Below, piece by piece: positions 57,719-64,000 of a DNA stretch of 64,000 nt (its first letter is position 1; each line of letters starts with the position of its first letter). The position numbers were made by a program, and so were the translations under genes. This DNA is from Candidatus Multivoradales bacterium (GTDB lineage Bacteria; Acidobacteriota; Thermoanaerobaculia; Multivoradales; J023): contig CBDFLE010000005.1 of assembly GCA_965248925.1 (NCBI GenBank), forward strand, positions 896,001 to 960,000, in the 5' to 3' direction. The notes under the pieces are model-generated. The model searched no databases, was not told where the DNA came from, and saw nothing but the letters and a program-made list of their open reading frames with translations.

Positions 57719-60700
57719 CAGGCCCCCTCGACCGCCGCCGAGCCGCCGGTACGACGCCCAGGTTTACGACATGACGGGCCGTTTTCTCGCTCCCCCTTAT
57801 ATGCGTTTTTTGCCGAAACTCCACGATTTCCGGCCGAAGTTGTTGATTCTGCTTGGGAAACTGCACCCCGACCACCCCCCGACACCCCCCCGACTTGGGG
57901 CCGACTTGGCCCCGACTTCTCAGCTTCAGACCCCGACTTCTTTTCGTCGTACCTGAGTGTTTCGACCTCGATCAGCCCCGGCAGTCGCGGCCGCTCCGGC
58001 TCGTCGCTGGCCACGTAAACCAGCTCGTAGACAAAGCTCTGCCCCCGCCCGCCCTGATGCACCAGCAGATACTCAAACTCCTCAAGACGGCGTAGGTGCA
58101 GCTTCAGCTGCGTATTGCCCCAGCCGGTGTGCTCGCGCACCGCCCGCCGGCTGAAACGGTAGTCCGGCCGATCCATCGCCAGCGCCTCACAGGCTTCGCT
58201 GACCATCTCGTCGATCAGCCCCAGCAGGCGCCGCGTCTGCGGCGGCAGCTCATCGAGCGAGCGCCCCAAGACTTCGTGCGCCAGGCGGTTGGCTGTCTCG
58301 ATGTCTGTGGCCACCACTTCGACGTACTCCACCTCTCGCCCGTCGACCACCGCCAGCTTCACCTCTCGCTGGTATTGATGCAAAAGAGCAATCACGTCGA
58401 TCAGCGTCAGGTACTTCTCGTGGTCCCGGCGGGTGCGGATTTGCGTATCGAGAAAGGTAAGTTCCGGAGCAAAGGGATTGACCACCGCCAGCGGCCGCAG
58501 CAGCCGCTGCGCGTTCTGGTGCAGCGCCATCACCCCGTCGCGCCGGGTGCGCGAGAGTAGCCCCTCCAGCGTCCGCCGCTGCCGCTGCAGCCGGTGAATC
58601 GCCCGCGTCTGCTCTCGCGCCTCGTCCACCGAGAGCACCAAGCAGCGATTCAAAAGCTCTTCATCGATGTCGATTGCCGTGGTCGTCAAGAAGATCATCA
58701 CCGGCCCTTCGACGTGGTACTCGTGCGTCACCAGCTTGCCCGTTGAAGCATCCTTGCCGGTCGAGGCAATCGTCAGCTCGCCCTCCGACTGAAGCAGCTT
58801 CAAGGCGTAGCTAGCCCGCTCGGCCCCCTCCTCCTCGACGATCGCCAGGATCTTGTGCTGCAGATCCGTTTCGCCCATGTAGAACAGCGATTGCCCGGTC
58901 ATCGCCGAGTACTTCACTTGCTGCTCACCTGGCATCAGCGACAGCACCGCCTCCATCAGCGCCGACTTACCGGCCGCTGAGCTGGACTGCACCACCACCG
59001 CCAGCGGCCGTTCCAGGAAACGCGAGGTCGACGCCAGGTAGCCCATCAGCTTGTTGACCTCCTCGCCCACCACCCCGCAGCGCTCGAAGTCCGCGAGGAT
59101 GCGCACCAAGAGATCTGGTGAGCGCAGCAGCTCAAGCGCCGCTTCCTTCTCTCCCTCTGACAGCTCCACCGCCGTCGACTGCGGCTCGAGTGCTGAGCGG
59201 ATCTGCTCGTCCTGCAGCTCCTCGAGCTTCAGCAGCACCTTGCCCAGATCCTTCTTGACCACCTGCTCCTCGACCCCCAGCTCAGCGGCTGCCGCCCGCT
59301 GAAACACCGCCCGCGGCCGCGCCGCGTAGAGATCGAAAGTGTCGACGTGGAAGGCGTCGCCCCGCGACGCCAGGACGTTGACCTTGAGCACGTCGTAGGC
59401 CAGATTCTTCGGCAGACCGCGAATGCGGTAGCGGCGATCGCCGAGCGACAAGACCACCTCCTGGTCGCGCACCTCAGCCGGCATATCTGGCGGAGGCGGT
59501 GCGGGCAGTGGGGAGGCTTCGGCCGGGGCGGGCAGTGCCAATACCGCCTCTCCGGCGGTATTCGATGATGTCAGCTGCTCTGTTGGTGGAGCCATTACCG
59601 CCTCTGCGGCTGTGTTTGGCCGTACCGTTGGCGCGATTAGGCCAGCTGTTGGCCCAAACCCCGGTTTCACGCCCGGCGGCTTGCCTTTGCCGAGCCACTG
59701 TGCTTTGCGGATCACCACCCCCAGCGACTTCGCCGCCGGGGTCACCTTCAGCGCGTACTCGTTGGCATCCATGCCACGCGGAAATTGGATTCGGTAGCAG
59801 TCGATCCCGGCACCCACCAGCTTCTCGGCCAGCTTCCCGGCGGCCTTCTCGCCGGCATCGTCACGGTCGTAGGCGATCAGCACCCGCTCGACTCCGTGGC
59901 CACCGAAGGCTGCCAGCATCTCCGCGGTGAAACCCTGGATGCCGTAGGCGCTGGTGACGTTACGGTAACCCGCACACCAGAAAGTCAGAGCGTCGATCAG
60001 CGACTCGCAGAGGATGATCTCGGTCGAGGCCACCAGAGCTTCCGCATTAAAGATCCCTCGATGTGGACCCGGCAGATAGAGATGCAAGGGCGTCCCCTTG
60101 CGAAGATTCAGTGTGATCTTGCGCCCGTAGATCTCCACCACCCGGCCACCCTTGAAGACCGGAAAGACGATCGAGCCGTTGAAGTGCTCATGACCCGACT
60201 TGCGCAGCACGCCGAGCTTCTGCAATCGACCCCGCATCTCCTTACCCGCCTTCAGCTGCTTCGATGGCAGTCGATAGCCCAGCGTCCGGTTGGCGAAGCC
60301 AAGCCTGAAATGCTCGATCATCTCCGGGTGCTTCAGCCCTCTGCTCTCCAGATAAGCCAGCGCCTCCGGGCTCTCCTTCAAAGCCTCGTGGTAGTAGCCG
60401 ACGACCTGGCCGAGCAGCTCCGCGTCCTCGACGTCCGCCACCACCGGCGAAGGCAGAGCCGGCGCCGAAGGCCGCGCCTCAGTGACCGCCGCCGCCGGCA
60501 GATCCGAGCGCAGCAGCTCGACCGCGTGGCGAAACGAAACCCCGCGATCTCGCATCACCCAATCGATCACCGAGCCACCCGCCTGGCAGGCGCCCAGGCA
60601 GTGCCACAGGTTCTTCTTCGGTGAAATGACGAGAGAGGGCTCCTTGTCGTCGTGAAACGGACAGAGGCCGAGTAGATCTGCCCCGTGCCGCTTCAGCTTC

Positions 60701-60780
60701 ACCCCCCGAGCCTGGGCCAGGCGCTCTACCGACACCTCTCGCTTTAGCCGCTCCACCTCCGCTTCCGGAATCCTGCTCAC
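57718..60780 (-). CDS. Primase/P-loop fusion, unit C2
   Basis: Identical to unit C1. Confidence 0.9.
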   Translation of the reverse strand: MSRIPEAEVERLKREVSVERLAQARGVKLKRHGADLLGLCPFHDDKEPSLVISPKKNLWHCLGACQAGGSVIDWVMRDRGVSFRHAVELLRSDLPAAAVTEARPSAPALPSPVVADVEDAELLGQVVGYYHEALKESPEALAYLESRGLKHPEMIEHFRLGFANRTLGYRLPSKQLKAGKEMRGRLQKLGVLRKSGHEHFNGSIVFPVFKGGRVVEIYGRKITLNLRKGTPLHLYLPGPHRGIFNAEALVASTEIILCESLIDALTFWCAGYRNVTSAYGIQGFTAEMLAAFGGHGVERVLIAYDRDDAGEKAAGKLAEKLVGAGIDCYRIQFPRGMDANEYALKVTPAAKSLGVVIRKAQWLGKGKPPGVKPGFGPTAGLIAPTVRPNTAAEAVMAPPTEQLTSSNTAGEAVLALPAPAEASPLPAPPPPDMPAEVRDQEVVLSLGDRRYRIRGLPKNLAYDVLKVNVLASRGDAFHVDTFDLYAARPRAVFQRAAAAELGVEEQVVKKDLGKVLLKLEELQDEQIRSALEPQSTAVELSEGEKEAALELLRSPDLLVRILADFERCGVVGEEVNKLMGYLASTSRFLERPLAVVVQSSSAAGKSALMEAVLSLMPGEQQVKYSAMTGQSLFYMGETDLQHKILAIVEEEGAERASYALKLLQSEGELTIASTGKDASTGKLVTHEYHVEGPVMIFLTTTAIDIDEELLNRCLVLSVDEAREQTRAIHRLQRQRRTLEGLLSRTRRDGVMALHQNAQRLLRPLAVVNPFAPELTFLDTQIRTRRDHEKYLTLIDVIALLHQYQREVKLAVVDGREVEYVEVVATDIETANRLAHEVLGRSLDELPPQTRRLLGLIDEMVSEACEALAMDRPDYRFSRRAVREHTGWGNTQLKLHLRRLEEFEYLLVHQGGRGQSFVYELVYVASDEPERPRLPGLIEVETLRYDEKKSGSEAEKSGPSRPQVGGVSGGGRGAVSQAESTTSAGNRGVSAKNAYKGERENGPSCRKPGRRTGGSAAVEGA

Positions 60781-60782
60781 CC

Positions 60783-61004
60783 CTACCGCCCTCCCCAAGC
60801 CGGCGTCTCATCGTCGAGCTCTCGCCGCACCACCTGCAGCCGCCCATCTTGCCCCGACACCCGCACCCCATCCCCAGGAGCAAATCCCGCCTCTGCCAGC
60901 CACGAGCCCACCAGCAGCAGGAGCGGCGATGGCCGCTCCAGAGCCGGCGGCGCCGGCCAACCGGGGCGATAGAAGCCCGACACCCGAAGTTTCTGTTCAG
61001 ACAT
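60783..61004 (-). CDS. SymE-like protein 2, allele C
   Basis: Identical to 48550..48771. Confidence 0.8.
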   Translation of the reverse strand: MSEQKLRVSGFYRPGWPAPPALERPSPLLLLVGSWLAEAGFAPGDGVRVSGQDGRLQVVRRELDDETPAWGGR

Positions 61005-61209
61005 CCGCTGGCTCCACCACCAGGCGATCCGACTCGACCACCACCCGCACCTTCGAGCCAATCTCAAATCCCGCCGATTCCAGCCACCGGCCTGAGAGCC
61101 GCAGGAAGGGCACCGGATGCTGTCGCCGAGACTGGCGTAGTGAGCGATAGCCCGAAGGGAATGATGAGGCTGGGTAGAGGCTAGAGACGGTCAAAGTGCG
61201 GTCGATCAT
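60997..61209 (-). CDS. SymE-like protein 1, allele C
   Basis: Identical to 48764..48976. Confidence 0.85.
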   Translation of the reverse strand: MIDRTLTVSSLYPASSFPSGYRSLRQSRRQHPVPFLRLSGRWLESAGFEIGSKVRVVVESDRLVVEPADV

Positions 61210-61324
61210 GGGTTCCTCCTCCGGGCGGTGCAGGCCGCCGTAAACTGTCAATGGACTCTTTCGTCATGATTATTATAGACTAATAAGTACTGACAATACA
61301 AGACACAAGAGAGGAGAACCTACA

Positions 61325-61714
61325 ATGACCTTGCAGGCCAATACCATCGCCGAGGTCGCTATGGATCAGTTCGCTGGAAGACTACGAGAGCATAGGGAGA
61401 GCCGGAAGTTGACCCAGGCTCGGCTAGCTGAGCTTCTGGAGGTCAGCCCTAGAGTCTACAACCGCTGGGAAACCGCTGCCGCGGCGCCCCGCCTAGACAC
61501 TGTCGTCAGGATTGCTGACATCTTAGAGGTCAGTATCGATGAACTAGTCGGACGCAAGGAACCTCAGGAGCCGCAGTTCCGGCTCCACAACCCCAAGCTT
61601 CATCAGCTGTACCAGGAAATCGACCGCCTCTCTGACGAGGACCAGCAGGCCCTCGTCATCCTCCTCGACTCCCTCGTCAAGCGGTCGCAGATGGGGCAGG
61701 TTCTGGCGGGCTGA
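61325..61714 (+). CDS. XRE regulator, allele C
   Basis: Identical to 49092..49481. Confidence 0.9.
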   Translation: MTLQANTIAEVAMDQFAGRLREHRESRKLTQARLAELLEVSPRVYNRWETAAAAPRLDTVVRIADILEVSIDELVGRKEPQEPQFRLHNPKLHQLYQEIDRLSDEDQQALVILLDSLVKRSQMGQVLAG

Positions 61715-61841
61715 AAGCCCTTCTCGTTTCACGGGCCTACGCAACACGACTGGCGCTGACGAAAAGGCTCAGATACACAGTAGCCCGGCCAAAGCCGGGC
61801 CCCTATGAAACGGCCTGGGCCTTTTCCGGTCGCCTCGACCG

Positions 61842-62369
61842 CTATGGAGCCATCCGCCTAAGAGTCGGCTCCAACCAAGTGGCGTTCGCGTTGTCGGACC
61901 AGGCGTCACGCAGCATGCGAATATCATCTGCCCATCCCTGGTAGTGATCGTCGAGCGCAGTCATGAAAGCCTTGGTACCGCCAATCACCGCATGCATTTC
62001 GTGTGAGATCAAGACCCCCCAGCGCCCGTCTTTGGAGTACAAGGCATTTTCCAACGTTAGGTGCCGGTCACAATACTCTTGATATGAGGGAATGCTGCAT
62101 GACCAATGCCCCCACTCTCTGTCGAGAAAAGCAAGTTCTTCGGACTCGACGACCGACAGGAAGAAGGTTCTCTCGCCAACTCTTTGAATGGCGCCTAAGA
62201 CGGCCGAATACTGTTCTATGGTCAGATGGCATCCGTCCGTCGGATAGAAGACACGGCCAACTTCGAACTCCTGGCCGAAAGGCCATGTGAACGCATCATT
62301 GGTCTTGAAAACACGTCGCCAAGCTGACCGTATCGCCGGTAGATCGGTTGTTTCAATCACGCCAGTCAT
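61842..62369 (-). CDS. Putative immunity protein C (copy 2)
   Basis: Identical to 49609..50136. Confidence 0.75.
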   Translation of the reverse strand: MTGVIETTDLPAIRSAWRRVFKTNDAFTWPFGQEFEVGRVFYPTDGCHLTIEQYSAVLGAIQRVGERTFFLSVVESEELAFLDREWGHWSCSIPSYQEYCDRHLTLENALYSKDGRWGVLISHEMHAVIGGTKAFMTALDDHYQGWADDIRMLRDAWSDNANATWLEPTLRRMAP

Positions 62370-62370
62370 C

Positions 62371-63426
62371 TCACTGCTCCAGGAACTTGATTTTGCGGAG
62401 ACCCTTTTCAATCCCGTGAACATCTACGGTCGGTGGCCCGCCACTCTTCGACGTCGCTCGGAACGTCACCGTCGCCCCATTAGGCCCACGCGCAGTGAAG
62501 ATGCCCGGTCTGACTTCTGTCACCGGGTTCGACCCCCTCAAGTTGTCGAATAGCTTGCGAGCGTCGCCCGCGTCCCCGGCAACTTCTCGAATGCCCTTGC
62601 TCTTGCCCGCGCGCCCAAGAGAAGTCAGTCCCCCCCTTGCGCCCGCTCTTGCTGCGCCAGCAGCAGCAGCTGATTTTTTCAGTTTCTTTGCATTTCTAAC
62701 GGCTCCTACGAGTTTCACTCCCCTACCGGCAACCTTCAAGAGTCCTAGACCTGTGGCACCGGCCACAGCCCCAGTGACGAAAGCCCCGGCTACGCCTGTT
62801 GTGAGCTCTTCTCCTGAAAGCGCGTTGCTCGCAATTTGAATCCCAACATCTACGACTCCGCCAAGAAATGCAGTTACCAGAAAGCCAAGCCTTCCGTCAG
62901 GGTCTACCTGGTTGATTGGACTGTTGCTCACGTAAGAGAAGCGATTCCAACTCTGTGGTGAGGACCGGCTACCCAGAGATGGATCGACACTCAAGAACCG
63001 CCCCACCACCGGGCTGCAATGCCGAGCATGCATATAGTCCAGCTCGCTCCTCACCCCGGTCCCGGTCTTGTCTCGCTCGTGCCCGGTGAACTTCAGCACA
63101 ACCTCATCTTGTGCGGCGCTGGTCGCCTCTTGACCAAACGGGTAGTAGTTGTGCAACGCCACCTGCTGTCCGCCTCGGGTGAAGGGGACAGCCCGACGCG
63201 GTTTCCAGCTTGAGAGCTGGTAACCCTCTATGCCTGTTCTACTTAAGCCTCGCTCGGCCCTACTGCCGGCGGGGTCTTGGTGCTCGAAGGTCCAGAGGCG
63301 AGTTTCGGCGTAGCTCGACTCGGAGATCGGCGCGATCGCTGTTGCCGGCATCGTCACCGCCAGGAGCGCGACGACCAGCCCGAGCGCCATCGTCCAAGTG
63401 CTTCTTCCTTTAGCTGCCTGCCTCAT
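62371..63426 (-). CDS. Mini-Rhs toxin C (copy 2)
   Basis: Identical to 50138..51193. Confidence 0.85.
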   Translation of the reverse strand: MRQAAKGRSTWTMALGLVVALLAVTMPATAIAPISESSYAETRLWTFEHQDPAGSRAERGLSRTGIEGYQLSSWKPRRAVPFTRGGQQVALHNYYPFGQEATSAAQDEVVLKFTGHERDKTGTGVRSELDYMHARHCSPVVGRFLSVDPSLGSRSSPQSWNRFSYVSNSPINQVDPDGRLGFLVTAFLGGVVDVGIQIASNALSGEELTTGVAGAFVTGAVAGATGLGLLKVAGRGVKLVGAVRNAKKLKKSAAAAGAARAGARGGLTSLGRAGKSKGIREVAGDAGDARKLFDNLRGSNPVTEVRPGIFTARGPNGATVTFRATSKSGGPPTVDVHGIEKGLRKIKFLEQ

Positions 63427-64000
63427 GCCGGGCCATTCTACGCCGCGGGTGGCGCTCGAAGACAGCGGCTAAAGGAGGAAGGGTGGTTGGTGCGGAGGCG
63501 GGATGCGGTTTTCTTAGGCCGCTTTCTTCGGGCAGTGGGTGTTTTCTTAGGTCGTTTTCGTCGGGCTGGTCGTCGGAGCGAGCGCGGGTCTTTCCGGCAG
63601 TTTGGTGCCGGCGGCGCAGCCGCCAAACCAATCTGCACGTTGGGGGCGTGGTGGCGGCGGGGCCGGAGCCGAGCACGGCGACCGCAGGGCGCCGCGCGCA
63701 GGGTACGGAGGCCACGACGCAGGGCGGGTCTTGGGAGGAGGATGGGGAGCCCCCTTGAGGGGGCGGACGGGTCCGGGCCGAGCCGTCGCAGTGCAAGTCG
63801 GTGGATCTCGGCAAGGAGGCCAAGAGCGGGGCGTGCTTCCGAAGCCGCTGACCTTCGACGGCCACCAACGTGCTCGCCCCAAGTTTCCATAATGCACGCG
63901 TTATGGAAAGGCCGTAGGCCCGGAGCCGGGGCGTGTGAGGGCCAGGTCGGATAGGGCGCGCACTATCGGACAGCGACCCATGCAAGCCGCGTGACATCTG

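Larger units (their letters stand above)
24154..64000 (-). mobile_element. Tandem array of integrase-primase-SymE-XRE-Rhs toxin/immunity elements. Units: remnant A 24154..25907, B1 25908..33761, B2 33762..41615, C1 41616..50939, C2 50940..63172, next unit from 63173
   Basis: Repeated gene order with offsets 7854, 7854, 9324 (includes IS3) and 12233 (includes IS3 + IS21) bp. Boundaries are placed at the constant/variable junction CCTCGGGTGAAGGGG. Confidence 0.9.

Noticed and set aside
25908-63172. Whole array as an assembly artefact
   Set aside because: Units differ in payload, regulators, SNPs and IS content, with clean target duplications. Only the B1/B2 identity remains unverified.
24154-64000. 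Prophage or ICE
   Set aside because: No structural, terminase, lysis, relaxase or T4SS genes; the units are only ~8 kb.

Overview
This is GC-rich bacterial DNA in two parts. Bases 1-22.8 kb form a cell-surface glycan locus: GT4/GT2 glycosyltransferases, a methyltransferase-kinase-like-coiled-coil protein, three sulfatase-fold lipoproteins with Thr in place of the formylglycine Cys/Ser, a HAD phosphatase and a large secreted metzincin/CARDB/FG-GAP-like protein. Bases 22.85-64 kb hold a head-to-tail tandem array of ~7.7-7.9 kb elements. Each unit encodes a tyrosine recombinase, a CHC2-TOPRIM primase fused to a P-loop domain, two SymE-like proteins, a divergent XRE regulator and an Rhs-core toxin/immunity pair. 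Three toxin-immunity types occur in the order A, B, B, C, C, and a further, diverged unit starts at the right edge. Every Rhs core is fused at one sharp junction to an invariant signal-peptide-like leader. Every unit carries a dif/cer-like palindrome, and the SymE/XRE allele co-varies with the toxin. My best reading (inference) is a self-replicating, site-specific integrative element that swaps and archives Rhs toxin tips. The array is truncated on the left by a decayed IS3 copy and interrupted by two intact IS3 copies and one IS21. No rRNA, tRNA or CRISPR array was seen. All calls come from reading the sequence by eye; no searches were run.
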